A stretch of 64,000 bases of DNA, taken from positions 3,092,140 through 3,156,139 of the forward strand of contig WTGQ01000002.1 of NCBI GenBank assembly GCA_011525365.1, read 5' to 3'. The DNA is from Acidobacteriota bacterium. GTDB taxonomy: Bacteria; Acidobacteriota; Thermoanaerobaculia; Multivoradales; Multivoraceae. Of the stretch, positions 28,787-42,695 are shown one piece after another. Under the pieces are notes generated by a model. It searched no databases and was not told where the DNA came from. It saw only the letters and a program-made list of their open reading frames with translations. The position numbers and the translations under genes were made by a program. Position 1 is the first letter of the stretch. The number at the start of each line of letters is the position of its first letter.

Positions 28787-29092
28787 ATGGCGCACCACGA
28801 CCACGGCAAGCATGGCGGCAAGAGCTACTGGCTCGACCGGAAACAGAACGTCGCCAAGGTCTTCTACGCGCTGATTGCCGTCGATGTCCTGTGGCTGGCG
28901 GCGGACCTCCTCTACAAGAAGAAGGCGGAGTTCGACGCCTGGGGCGGCTGGGCCGACGGCGGCTTCGGGTTCTACCCGGTCTATGGCTTCGTGGGCGCCT
29001 TCCTGCTGGTGCTCGCGGCGAAGCAGATGCGGCGTGTGCTGATGCGGTCGGAGGACTACTACGAGCGACGCCGCGACGGCGGAGCCCCCTGA
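28787..29092 (+). CDS. Small 2-TM membrane protein of the type found beside Mrp antiporter subunit D
   Basis: YWLD...NV.K, GFYPVYGFVG...LVLAAKQMRRVLMRSEDYY. Confidence 0.7.
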   Translation: MAHHDHGKHGGKSYWLDRKQNVAKVFYALIAVDVLWLAADLLYKKKAEFDAWGGWADGGFGFYPVYGFVGAFLLVLAAKQMRRVLMRSEDYYERRRDGGAP

Positions 29093-29099
29093 GTCCCGG

Positions 29100-30884
29100 A
29101 TGACCGAGTTTCTGCTGTCGCCGCCGCTGCTGCTCATGCTCGGCAGCGTGGTCCTGGCCGCGGCGCCGCGCAACGTGCTGCCGCGGACCGTGCTGCGCGC
29201 GCTGCTCCTGGCCCTGCCGGTCTACTCCCTCTGGCGCTTCTGGGGCCTCGACATCGGCGACTACGCCCAGTTCGAGCTCTTCGGCCAGACCCTGACGCTC
29301 GTCCGGATCGACCCGCTGAGCCGGATCTTCGTCGTCATCTTCCACCTCGCGGCGCTGATCGGCAGCATCTACTCCTTCTACGTCAAGGACAACTTCCAGC
29401 CGCTCGTGGGCGTGTTCTACGCCGGGTCGGCACTGGGGGTCGTGCTGGCCGGCGACCTCTGGACGCTGTTCCTGTTCTGGGAAGTGGCCGCGGTGTCGTC
29501 GGCGCTGCTGGTCTGGGTCCGGAGGAGCGGCAGGGCGGCCGGCGCCGGCCTGCGCTACCTCGGCATGCAGATGGTCTCGGGCGTCCTGCTGCTCGCCGGC
29601 ATCGTGCTGCTCCGTCACGAAGTCGGCGCGGCCCCCGGCTGGGCCGAGTTCCGCAACCTGACGGGCTTCCTCGAGGACGGCGGACTCGGCTTCTCGAATC
29701 TGGCGGCGACCCTCATCTTCCTCGCCTTCGGTCTCAAGGCGGCCTTTCCGCTGCTGCACAGTTGGCTGATCGACGCCTATCCCGAGTCGACACCGGCCGG
29801 CGCCGTGTTCCTGTCGGCGTTCACGACCAAGTTCGCGATCTACGCCCTCGCCCGGGCCTTCCCCGGCCAGTCCGAACTGATCTGGATCGGCGCGTTGATG
29901 ACCGCGTTCCCGATCTTCTTCGCGGTGATCGAGAACGACCTGCGCCGGGTGCTCGCCTACAGCATGACGAACCAGCTCGGTTTCATGGTCGTCGGCATCG
30001 GCATCGGCACCGAGCTGGCGATCAACGGCGCCGTCGCCCACGCCTTCGCCGACATCCTCTTCAAGGGGCTCCTGTTCATGGCGATGGGGGCGGTGCTCTA
30101 CCGGGTGGGCCACGTGAACGGCTCGGACCTCGGCGGCCTCTACAAGTCGATGCCGATCACGACCGGGCTGTGCATCATCGGCGCCGCGTCCATCTCCGCC
30201 TTCCCGCTGTTCTCGGCCTTCGCGACGAAGTCGCTGATCATGAGCGCGGCGGTGTACAAGGAGTACTTCTGGCTCTGGCTGGTGCTCCTGTTCGCCTCCG
30301 CCGGCGTCTTCCACCACGCCGGGATCAAGATCCCCTTCTTCGCCTTCTTCCACCACGACTCCGGCATCCGCTGCAAGGAGGCGCCGCGTTCGATGATTGT
30401 CGCGATGGTCCTGGCGGCCGCCGCGAGCATGGCGATCGGCCTGTTCCCGCTGGCCGAGATGTGGTTCGGCGTAGCGAACCCGTTCTACGAGCTACTGCCC
30501 TACCCGGTCGACTACCCGGTCTACACGACGACCCACGTCATCACCCAGAGCCAGCTCCTCTTCTTCTCGGCCCTGGCCTTCGCGACCCTCATGCGCACCG
30601 GCCTCTATCCCCCCGAGTTGCGCTCGGTGAACCTGGACGCCGACTGGTTCTATCGGCGAGTCGGTCTTCGCATCTGGGATGGGGTTGCGACTGCTTTCGT
30701 CACGATTCACCGCGCCGGGTACGCGGCTGCCGGGCGGATTGCCGGCGCGGCTCTCGAGACGGCGCAGCGGCACCTCGGCCCGCAGGGGTTCCTCGGGCGC
30801 TCGTGGTTGACCGCGTCGATGGCGTTGTGGGTCGCCGTGCTCCTCGCGGCGTATCTCGTGGTGTTCTACTGGCGGTTGGGGTAG
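29100..30884 (+). CDS. Na+/H+ antiporter subunit D (MrpD/NuoL-M-N-like proton-translocating membrane subunit)
   Basis: About 14+ TM; LFLFWE, KAAFPLLHSWLIDAYPE, LSAFTTK, RRVLAYS, HAFADILFKGLLFM, LGGL, HHAGIKIPFFAFF. Confidence 0.85.
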   Translation: MTEFLLSPPLLLMLGSVVLAAAPRNVLPRTVLRALLLALPVYSLWRFWGLDIGDYAQFELFGQTLTLVRIDPLSRIFVVIFHLAALIGSIYSFYVKDNFQPLVGVFYAGSALGVVLAGDLWTLFLFWEVAAVSSALLVWVRRSGRAAGAGLRYLGMQMVSGVLLLAGIVLLRHEVGAAPGWAEFRNLTGFLEDGGLGFSNLAATLIFLAFGLKAAFPLLHSWLIDAYPESTPAGAVFLSAFTTKFAIYALARAFPGQSELIWIGALMTAFPIFFAVIENDLRRVLAYSMTNQLGFMVVGIGIGTELAINGAVAHAFADILFKGLLFMAMGAVLYRVGHVNGSDLGGLYKSMPITTGLCIIGAASISAFPLFSAFATKSLIMSAAVYKEYFWLWLVLLFASAGVFHHAGIKIPFFAFFHHDSGIRCKEAPRSMIVAMVLAAAASMAIGLFPLAEMWFGVANPFYELLPYPVDYPVYTTTHVITQSQLLFFSALAFATLMRTGLYPPELRSVNLDADWFYRRVGLRIWDGVATAFVTIHRAGYAAAGRIAGAALETAQRHLGPQGFLGRSWLTASMALWVAVLLAAYLVVFYWRLG

Positions 30885-30895
30885 GCGACCCCAGT

Positions 30896-30949
30896 ATCAG
30901 ATTCACTAATGCTCTGCGGTTGCTCCATGAGATCAACCTAATGTAAGAT
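30896..30949 (+). promoter_or_regulatory. Putative sigma70 promoter of lysR-gltBD with two LysR-type T-N11-A boxes
   Basis: AT-rich spacer: ATCAGATTCACTAAT (30896-30910) and ATGAGATCAACCTAAT (30927-30942), each containing T-N11-A; TTGCTC (30920-25), 18 nt, TAAGAT (30944-49). Confidence 0.5.
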
Positions 30950-30961
30950 CCTGCCCTTACG

Positions 30962-31882
30962 ATGCAAGGGCTCAGGATCTTCTGCGATGTCGCGGACTTG
31001 CGCAGCTTCAGCCGCGCAGCGGAGCTTCACGGGATCACCCAGTCGGCGGTTAGCCAGCGCATCCAGCATCTGGAGGAGCTCTTCGGAACGCGGCTCCTCG
31101 ACCGCTCCAAGCGGCCCTTCGTGCTGACTCCCGCCGGCGAGCTCGTGTCCCGCGAGGGACGCGAACTTGTCGCCCGCTACGACGCCTTGGCGCGCAGCGT
31201 CTCCCGTCTCGATCCGGAGCGGGGCGGGACGGTCCGGGTCCACGCGATCTACTCCGCCGGCATCGCGCTGCTCAACCAGTTGCGAGCCGAGTTCCAGCTG
31301 CAGCGACCCGAACTCGACGTGCAGATCGAGTACGAGCCGCCCGCCGCGGTGGCCGAGTCGGTGCGAACCGGCCGCTGCGACTTCGGCATCGTCTCCTACC
31401 CGGAGCAGTGGCCCGGCCTGCAGTCGCGGCCGCTGCGGGAGGAGCGGATGTGCCTGGCCTGCGGGGTGAACCACGAACTGGCCGGCGCCGAGCGCGTACT
31501 CGCCGCCGACCTCGACGGCCGCGAGCTGATTCACTTCACCCACGAACTCCCCGCCGCGCGCCACATTCGCAGCTACCTGGTCGAGAACGGGGCCGAAGCC
31601 GTGTTCGCCCAGCGGCTCGACAACATCGACACGTTCAAGAGCATGCTGCAGGCGACCGACTACTCGGCGATCCTGCCGCTCAGGACGTTCCTCGCCGAGG
31701 TGCGCGCCGGACTGCTCGCCGCGGTGCCGCTCGAACCGAAGCTGGAGCGGCCGATGGGAATCGTCTACGCCCGCGGCCGCCTGCGTCAGGCCGCCGAGGA
31801 CTTCGCCGCGTTCCTGACCGAGAACGCCGGGCCGATGGCGGCGGACGACGAGGCAAGAGCAGAGCGCGGAGAAGCGGCATGA
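30962..31882 (+). CDS. LysR-family transcriptional regulator
   Basis: LRIFCDVADLRSFSRAAELHGITQSAVSQRIQHLEELFGTRLLDRS...LTPAGE N-terminal wHTH. Confidence 0.93.
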   Translation: MQGLRIFCDVADLRSFSRAAELHGITQSAVSQRIQHLEELFGTRLLDRSKRPFVLTPAGELVSREGRELVARYDALARSVSRLDPERGGTVRVHAIYSAGIALLNQLRAEFQLQRPELDVQIEYEPPAAVAESVRTGRCDFGIVSYPEQWPGLQSRPLREERMCLACGVNHELAGAERVLAADLDGRELIHFTHELPAARHIRSYLVENGAEAVFAQRLDNIDTFKSMLQATDYSAILPLRTFLAEVRAGLLAAVPLEPKLERPMGIVYARGRLRQAAEDFAAFLTENAGPMAADDEARAERGEAA

Positions 31883-31970
31883 AGCTCCGTCCCGGCCCAG
31901 GAACAGGGGCCGGTCTCCAGACCGGCCGACGAATCGAGATGCCGCGTCGAGAGCGGCGGCTAAAACCGGC

Positions 31971-31988
<18 letters not shown>
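31875..31988 (+). repeat. 22-bp perfect direct repeat flanking a 70-bp insert that contains a GC palindrome
   Basis: CGGCATGAAGCTCCGTCCCGGC at 31875-31896 and 31967-31988; internal inverted repeat GGCCGGTC-TCCA-GACCGGCC at 31908-31927. Confidence 0.9.
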
Positions 31989-36563
<4,575 letters not shown>

Positions 36564-36593
36564 GGCCGGCGGACCGACGCGAACAGGCGGAGC

Positions 36594-38108
36594 ATGGGCA
36601 AGGACACCGGCTTCAAGGAGTACGCGCGCGCCGCGGTTCCCTACCAGGATCCGCTGATCCGGCTGAGTCACTACGGCGAGTTCCTGCAGCCGGTGCCGGA
36701 GGAGCATCTCGCCACCCAGGGCGCCCGCTGCATGGACTGCGGGGTCCCCTTCTGCCAGTCCCATGACGGCTGCCCGATCGACAACCTGATCCCGGAGTGG
36801 AACGACCTCGTCTACCAGGGCCGCTGGCGCGAGGCGCTCCGGAGGCTCGAGCAGACGAACAACTTCCCGGAGTTCACCGGCCGCGTCTGCCCGGCGCCGT
36901 GCGAAGGCGCCTGCGTGCTCGGGATCACCGACCCGGCCGTAACGATCAAGAACATCGAGAACGCGATCGTCGACCGCGGCTTCGAGGAGGGCTGGATCGT
37001 TCCCCGCCCACCGGCGAAGCGGACCGGCAGGAAGGTGGCGGTGGTCGGTTCGGGACCGGCGGGACTCGCCGCGGCGGCGCAGTTGAACAGTGTCGGCCAC
37101 TCGGTGACCGTGTTCGAACGCGAGGACCGGATCGGCGGCCTCCTGATGTACGGCATCCCGAACATGAAGCTCGACAAGCGCCTGGTCGTCGACCGGCGGA
37201 TCGACCTGATGCGAGCCGAGGGGATCGAGTTCGTCACCGGCGCGCATGTCGGCGTGAACGTCGATGTCGGGGATTTGCGCCGCGATCACGACGCGATCCT
37301 GCTCGCCTGCGGCGCCACCAGGCCGCGCGATCTGCCCATTCCGGGCCGCGAGCTCTCGGGCGTCCACTTCGCGATGGACTTCCTGACGGAGCACACGAGG
37401 GCACTGCTCGACGCCGATCTTCCCAGTGACGGCGGGGAGGGAGCCCAGCCCATCGTGGCGCCGATTCACGCCGAAGGCAGGAACGTCATCGTGATCGGCG
37501 GCGGCGACACCGGCGCCGACTGCATCGCAACCGCGGTCCGGCACGGCTGCGCTTCGCTGGTCAACTTCGAACTGCTCGACCGGCCGCCGGACGACCGGGC
37601 GCCCGACAACCCCTGGCCGGAATGGCCGCGCATCTTCCGCGTCGAGTACGCGCACGCGGAAGCCGCGGCCCGGTTCGGCGCCGACCCACGGGTCTTCTCC
37701 GTCCTCTCGAAGCGCTTCGTCGACGACGGCGCCGGCGGTGTCGCCGGTATCGAGACGGTCCGCGTCGCCTGGCAGCGGGACAGCGCCGGCCGTTTCACGA
37801 TGGAGGAGGTGCCGGGCACCGAGGAGATCTTCGAGGCCGACCTCGTGCTGCTGGCGATGGGCTTCCTCGGGCCGGAGGTCACGCTCGGAGAGCAGTTGGG
37901 GCTGGCGACCGACGAGCGCAGCAACTTCGCCGCCGATCCGGGCCGGTACGCGACCTCGGTCGAGGGCGTGTTCGCCGCCGGCGACTGCCGCCGCGGACAG
38001 AGCCTGATCGTCTGGGCGATCAACGAGGGCCGCGGCGCGGCCGCCCGGATCGACGAGTACCTGACCGGGGCCACCGAGCTGCCCCTGCCGTCCGATTCAA
38101 CATCTTGA
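36594..38108 (+). CDS. gltD: Glutamate synthase small subunit
   Basis: [11 protein letters not shown]...[59 protein letters not shown]. Confidence 0.96.
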   Translation: MGKDTGFKEYARAAVPYQDPLIRLSHYGEFLQPVPEEHLATQGARCMDCGVPFCQSHDGCPIDNLIPEWNDLVYQGRWREALRRLEQTNNFPEFTGRVCPAPCEGACVLGITDPAVTIKNIENAIVDRGFEEGWIVPRPPAKRTGRKVAVVGSGPAGLAAAAQLNSVGHSVTVFEREDRIGGLLMYGIPNMKLDKRLVVDRRIDLMRAEGIEFVTGAHVGVNVDVGDLRRDHDAILLACGATRPRDLPIPGRELSGVHFAMDFLTEHTRALLDADLPSDGGEGAQPIVAPIHAEGRNVIVIGGGDTGADCIATAVRHGCASLVNFELLDRPPDDRAPDNPWPEWPRIFRVEYAHAEAAARFGADPRVFSVLSKRFVDDGAGGVAGIETVRVAWQRDSAGRFTMEEVPGTEEIFEADLVLLAMGFLGPEVTLGEQLGLATDERSNFAADPGRYATSVEGVFAAGDCRRGQSLIVWAINEGRGAAARIDEYLTGATELPLPSDSTS

Positions 38109-38124
38109 AGCAGTCGGCCGTCCT

Positions 38125-38153
38125 TTGACGGAGGGCGAAGCGATCTCTATAGT
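38125..38153 (+). promoter_or_regulatory. Near-consensus sigma70 promoter of the TonB-dependent receptor gene
   Basis: TTGACG (38125-30), 17 nt spacer, TATAGT (38148-53); implies a 5' UTR of about 140 nt before the GAGGAG SD and ATG at 38301. Confidence 0.7.
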
Positions 38154-38300
38154 CATACCCGGTCCGTGGCATTGCGCGCGAGCGCCCCACCACCGCCACC
38201 CACCCGGACAATCGAGAAACCTTCCACGCGTGAACAACACGCCGGTGAATTCGTGTTGAGTTCGACGGCGCCTACTCAGACACAGAGGAGAAACCCAACC

Positions 38301-41237
38301 ATGCAGTCGACCCGCCCCCGGGCACGTCTTCTTGCGATCCTCCTGGCAATGGCCTGCGCCTTCCTTATCGGCGGCGCCGGCTTCGGCCAGACCATCACCG
38401 GCACCGTCCAGGGCTACATCTCGGATGTCGAGGGCGGCGCCATTCCCGGCGCCACGGTGACCGTCACCAACCAGGACACCGGCATCGCCCGCGCCGTCAT
38501 CTCGGACGCCAACGGCTTCTACAGCGCCAAGGCGCTCCAGGTCGGCACGTACACCGTGAACGCCGAACTCTCCGGCATGCAGACCACGCAGCAAGCCGAC
38601 GTCTCGGTCCTCGTCGGTCAGATCAAGGACGTCAACCTGACGCTCGAGATCGAGTCGACCTCCGAGGTGATCACCGTCACCTCCGAAGCGCCGATCATCG
38701 AGGTCAGCCGCTCCGGCGCCGCGAACTACATCGATGAGGTGGCGATCGAGAGCCTGCCCACCGTGGGCCGCGACTTCACGGACTTCGCGATTCTCACCCC
38801 GGGCGTGCAGCGCGACACGTCCCGCGGGTTCCTGACCATCGCCGGCCAGCGCGGCATGTACAGCGGCCTCTCGGTCGACGGCGCGGACAACAAGAGCACC
38901 TTCTTCGGCTACGGCCGCGGCGGCGAAGCGACCGAGAACGACGGCCTGATCATCGCTCAGGACACGGTCCGCCAGTTCCAGGTCATCACCAACGGCTTTT
39001 CGGCCGAGTACGGTCGGCACGGCGGCGCCTTCGTCAACGTCGTCACCAAGTCCGGCACGAACGACGTCAGGGGCTCGGCCTTCTACTACTTCCGCGACGA
39101 CAGTCTGGCCGAGGACCTGCCGTCCTCGCCGCTCGACGACTTCAACGACCGCGACGGTTCGCGGCCGGTGGACACGTTCGACACGCAGAACTACGGCGTC
39201 TCGATCGGCGGTCCGTTCAAGCAGGACCGCACCCACTACTACTTCGGTATCGACCAGCGCGACCAGGACATCCCGTTCACCCGGTTCCTGACGAACCGCG
39301 GCGGCAGCGTCTATGACCTGATCATGCAGCGGGCACAGAGCGAGCCCGCCTTCGCCGCCCTGGTCGACGGCTTCGATCGGAACGCCGACGGTTCCGCCAC
39401 CGGCCTGTTCACGCGCTCCGTGAGCAACCAGATCCTGTTCGGCAAGCTGGACCACCAGATCAGCGACGCGAACCTGATCACCCTGCGCGCGAACTGGACG
39501 GATTTCGAACGGACGAGCGACTACCTCGATGAGGAATCGCTGAAGACGGAGGACACCCTGTCCATCATCGCCTCGATGACCTCGGTCGTCGGCAGCCGTG
39601 GCGTCAACGAGTTCCGGTTCCAGACGGCTGACGACAACCTGGACCGTCTGTCGCTGCGGGTCGGCACGCCGATCGAGGCGCAGGTCCGCTTCCGCTGGAA
39701 CGGCGCCAGCGTCGGCAAGTTCGACTTCCTGCCGATCTTCGTCGAGGAGTCGCAGCTTCAGGTAAAGAACGACTTCTCCTACCTGTTCGGCGCCCACGAC
39801 ATGAAGTTCGGCGTCGACTACTCGAAGGACGATCTGGCTCAGCTCTTCGCCGGCAGCCGGGACGGCCGCTACGACTTCCGCTCGGCGGAGGACTTCCTGA
39901 ACAACAACGCGAGCGCCGCCCGCATCTGGTTCGGTGACTCGACGTACCCGAACTACGACGAGACGCAGACCGCGCTCGCCGCCTACGGGCAGGACAGCCT
40001 CAAGCGGGACAACATGACGATCAGCTACGGCCTGCGCTACACGTCGACGGACAACCCGGACGGCCTGGATCACCTGCATCCGGACGGCCGCCAGATCCCG
40101 GACACCGAGAACCTGGCGCCGCGCTTCGGCTTCGCCCTGGCCCAAGACGAGGGCAGGTCCGTTCTCCGCGGCGGTATCGGCTTCTTCTTCGGCCGAACGC
40201 CGACCCTGCTGTTCGCCAACCAGGTCCAGGCCAACGGCGTGCCGCCGAACTACGGCCGGATCACCGTCGGTCCCGGCGAGAACGGCTATGTACCGCTCGG
40301 GACGCCGATCAACAACGAGAACCCACCGCCGGGCATCATCCCCGCCATCTCGTACGTGGACCCCGAGTTCGATGACGCCCAGACGATTCGCGCGAGCATC
40401 GGCTGGGAGCGGGAGCTCGGCGGCGGCTGGAGCAGCGGCGTGGACGCCGTGTACGCGGAGGCGACAGGCCTCCAGCGCAACACGGACTTCAACCGCGTCT
40501 TCGCCGGCTACGACGAGTACGGCCGGCCCATGTGGAACGGACGCACCGGCGGCTGCCCGGGGGTCGACGGCGTCGAGTGCGCCGAGATCCTGGTCCGGCA
40601 GTCGCGCGGCGACTCCGAGTACCAGGCGGTCACGCTGAAAGTGAACAGGCGCTTTACCGGCCGCTACCAGTTCAACGCCCACTACACCTGGGGCAAGGAT
40701 CGCGACACAGACTCGAACGAACGTTCGGCGACCGGCGTCACGATCTCGGACACGGGCAACCTGGACTACGACTGGGGCCTGTCGAACCGCGACGTTGAGC
40801 ACCGGCTGGTAGTGACCGGCATGATCCAGTTGCCGGCCGACTTCCAGGTCTCGGGCATCCTGAACTACCAATCCGGCCGGCCGTACACGCTAGTCGACAA
40901 CGGTGTCGACTTCAGGTACTGCAGCTCGGTTGGCTGGAACTGCCCGGACTACCGTGCGGTCATGGACGGCCTCGTCGTCGGCCGGAACACGGAGCGGAAC
41001 GAGTCGATCCAGACGGTCGACGTGCGCGTCGGCAAGTTCTTCCGTTTCGGCGACGGCATGCGGCTCGATGTCTTCGTCGAGGCGTTCAACCTGTTCGACC
41101 AGCACAGCTTCAACGTGGGTTTCAATCAGCGCAACATCCGGAACGGCAACGTCCCCGACGACTTCGGAATCCCAGGCTCGCTGAACGGCCTGACGCGGCC
41201 GCGCCGGTTGCAGATCGGAGGCCGGTTCAGCTTCTAG
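38301..41237 (+). CDS. TonB-dependent receptor, Oar-like, with N-terminal carboxypeptidase-regulatory-like domain
   Basis: Signal peptide; GTVQGYISDVEGGAIPGATVTVTN...NGFY; LPTVGRDFTDFAILTPGV; FSAEYGR..G..VNVVTKSGTN; NLAPRFGFA; C-terminal PRRLQIGGRFSF ending in Phe. Confidence 0.92.
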   Translation: MQSTRPRARLLAILLAMACAFLIGGAGFGQTITGTVQGYISDVEGGAIPGATVTVTNQDTGIARAVISDANGFYSAKALQVGTYTVNAELSGMQTTQQADVSVLVGQIKDVNLTLEIESTSEVITVTSEAPIIEVSRSGAANYIDEVAIESLPTVGRDFTDFAILTPGVQRDTSRGFLTIAGQRGMYSGLSVDGADNKSTFFGYGRGGEATENDGLIIAQDTVRQFQVITNGFSAEYGRHGGAFVNVVTKSGTNDVRGSAFYYFRDDSLAEDLPSSPLDDFNDRDGSRPVDTFDTQNYGVSIGGPFKQDRTHYYFGIDQRDQDIPFTRFLTNRGGSVYDLIMQRAQSEPAFAALVDGFDRNADGSATGLFTRSVSNQILFGKLDHQISDANLITLRANWTDFERTSDYLDEESLKTEDTLSIIASMTSVVGSRGVNEFRFQTADDNLDRLSLRVGTPIEAQVRFRWNGASVGKFDFLPIFVEESQLQVKNDFSYLFGAHDMKFGVDYSKDDLAQLFAGSRDGRYDFRSAEDFLNNNASAARIWFGDSTYPNYDETQTALAAYGQDSLKRDNMTISYGLRYTSTDNPDGLDHLHPDGRQIPDTENLAPRFGFALAQDEGRSVLRGGIGFFFGRTPTLLFANQVQANGVPPNYGRITVGPGENGYVPLGTPINNENPPPGIIPAISYVDPEFDDAQTIRASIGWERELGGGWSSGVDAVYAEATGLQRNTDFNRVFAGYDEYGRPMWNGRTGGCPGVDGVECAEILVRQSRGDSEYQAVTLKVNRRFTGRYQFNAHYTWGKDRDTDSNERSATGVTISDTGNLDYDWGLSNRDVEHRLVVTGMIQLPADFQVSGILNYQSGRPYTLVDNGVDFRYCSSVGWNCPDYRAVMDGLVVGRNTERNESIQTVDVRVGKFFRFGDGMRLDVFVEAFNLFDQHSFNVGFNQRNIRNGNVPDDFGIPGSLNGLTRPRRLQIGGRFSF

Positions 41238-41289
41238 GCTGATCGCCTCCAGAAGAAGCCACGGCGCCTGAGGCCGTGGCCGAAGACTC

Positions 41290-41320
41290 AGGGCCTCCCC
41301 GGCAACGGGGAGGCCCTTTC
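41290..41320 (+). terminator. Intrinsic terminator hairpin between the convergent TBDR and larA genes
   Basis: AGGGCCTCCCCG-GCAA-CGGGGAGGCCCT (12-bp perfect stem, GNRA loop) followed by a short T tract; a second hairpin GCCACGGC-N7-GCCGTGGC at 41258-41280. Confidence 0.8.
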
Positions 41321-41392
41321 TCCGGGTGCGCGGGTCCTCTGACCCGCTGCCGCCGAAGGCGGCCTGAAGACTGCGCCGCGAAGCGGCGACGA

Positions 41393-42667
41393 TCAGTCCG
41401 CCACGTACGGAATCGTCTGCGGCCCCTCCGGCAGCACGCAGATGCGCGCGTCGGGCCGTACCGCCACGCACTCGGCGAGCGCGGCGTCGAGGTCCGGCGC
41501 CGCCTCGAAGTGCGCGGCGGCAAGCTGCTCCCCGCTCAACCCGTCCGCCTTGACCAGCACCCGGGCGCGACGCTGGATCAGCGCCTGGACCTGGACCTGC
41601 CACTGGTCCGGCTCGGCTTCCTTCCGGGCCTCGATCTGCTGGAGCAGCTCCTCGGGCGAGCCGCCGCGGCCAAGCAACTCCGCGTAGCGGCCGTGATCGG
41701 GGATGCCATCGCTGCACTCGGCCGCGCAGAGGATCGTTCCGCCGTCGACGACCACCTGCGCGGCCGCCGACATCCCCTTGACCGCCTGGTACAGGTTCTG
41801 GTCGAGCGGATAGCCGGAGTTCGTCGTCACCACGACTTCGAACCTGTGGCTGGTCTCCCGCATGGCGATCGGCTTCGCGGCCGCGCAGGCCTGCCGGTGC
41901 ATCTCGAAGAGTTCGCCGGCGAAGACGTGCGTGATCCTCTGCTGCCGGTCCAGCAGCACGTCGACGCTGAAGTGGGGCTTCGCTTCCGGCCGCGCCGCGA
42001 TCGCCCGGATGTCGCTGTGCATCGGGTTGTCGTCGATGATCCCCCAAGTCGAGCGCGGATCGCCGACGCGGACGGCGTCGTGCAGGGTGAGCACCGTGTG
42101 GAGCCCGGCGAGCCCCGGGGCGACCATCTTCGGACCGCCCGAGAAACCCGCGAAGAAGTGCGGCTCGACGAAGCCTGTCGTGATCCGGAGGTCCGCCTCC
42201 AGCCAGTGGCGGCAGAGCCGGGTGGGGACGCCGTTGCCGGTCTCTCCCAGGTCGACGAGCGAGGAGTCGTCGCGGGCGTCGTGGTTGATCACGCGGCAGG
42301 AGCCGAGAATCTCGTCGCCGAGCATCGCCTGGAGTTCGGCCGGGGTGTTCGCGCGGTGGGTGCCGGTCGCGATCAGGATGGTGACGTCCTCCGGGCGGAC
42401 GACGCCTTCGAGTTCCCGCAGCACCGCGGCGACCATCTCCCGCCGCGGCTGCGCCCGAGTGACGTCGCAGACCGAGATCGCCACCGTCTGGCCGGGCCTG
42501 GCCAGCTCCCTGAGCGGCGGGCCGGCCACCGGAGCGCGGAGAGCCGCGGTCAGAGCGGCGTCGGGATCGGCCAGCGCGGGGGCCTGGACCGGCACGATGA
42601 CCGTCGTCCGCTCGCGCGGGACGTCGATGGTGAGGCCGCCGCGGCCGTAGGCGAGACGCACGCGCAT
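41393..42667 (-). CDS. larA: LarA-family nickel-pincer-dependent lactate racemase / 2-hydroxyacid epimerase
   Basis: MRVRLAYG, CDVTR, IATGTHR, VINHD, VEPHFFAGFSGGPK, TLH, GYPLDQNLYQAVKGM, ECSDG, DQWQVQ. Substrate uncertain. Confidence 0.85.
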   Translation of the reverse strand: MRVRLAYGRGGLTIDVPRERTTVIVPVQAPALADPDAALTAALRAPVAGPPLRELARPGQTVAISVCDVTRAQPRREMVAAVLRELEGVVRPEDVTILIATGTHRANTPAELQAMLGDEILGSCRVINHDARDDSSLVDLGETGNGVPTRLCRHWLEADLRITTGFVEPHFFAGFSGGPKMVAPGLAGLHTVLTLHDAVRVGDPRSTWGIIDDNPMHSDIRAIAARPEAKPHFSVDVLLDRQQRITHVFAGELFEMHRQACAAAKPIAMRETSHRFEVVVTTNSGYPLDQNLYQAVKGMSAAAQVVVDGGTILCAAECSDGIPDHGRYAELLGRGGSPEELLQQIEARKEAEPDQWQVQVQALIQRRARVLVKADGLSGEQLAAAHFEAAPDLDAALAECVAVRPDARICVLPEGPQTIPYVAD

Positions 42668-42695
42668 GCCCGAATCCCTGACCTCTTTGGACCGC

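Noticed and set aside
28730-29173. N-terminal extension of Lhr to 1688 aa
   Set aside because: It overlaps two plus-strand genes; Lhr homology begins at the GTG at 28729.
38154-38300. Cobalamin riboswitch ahead of the TonB receptor (tempting given the B12-like enzymes)
   Set aside because: I could not find the B12-box or the conserved GGGAA/GCCACTG elements, and the receptor is Oar-type rather than BtuB-like.
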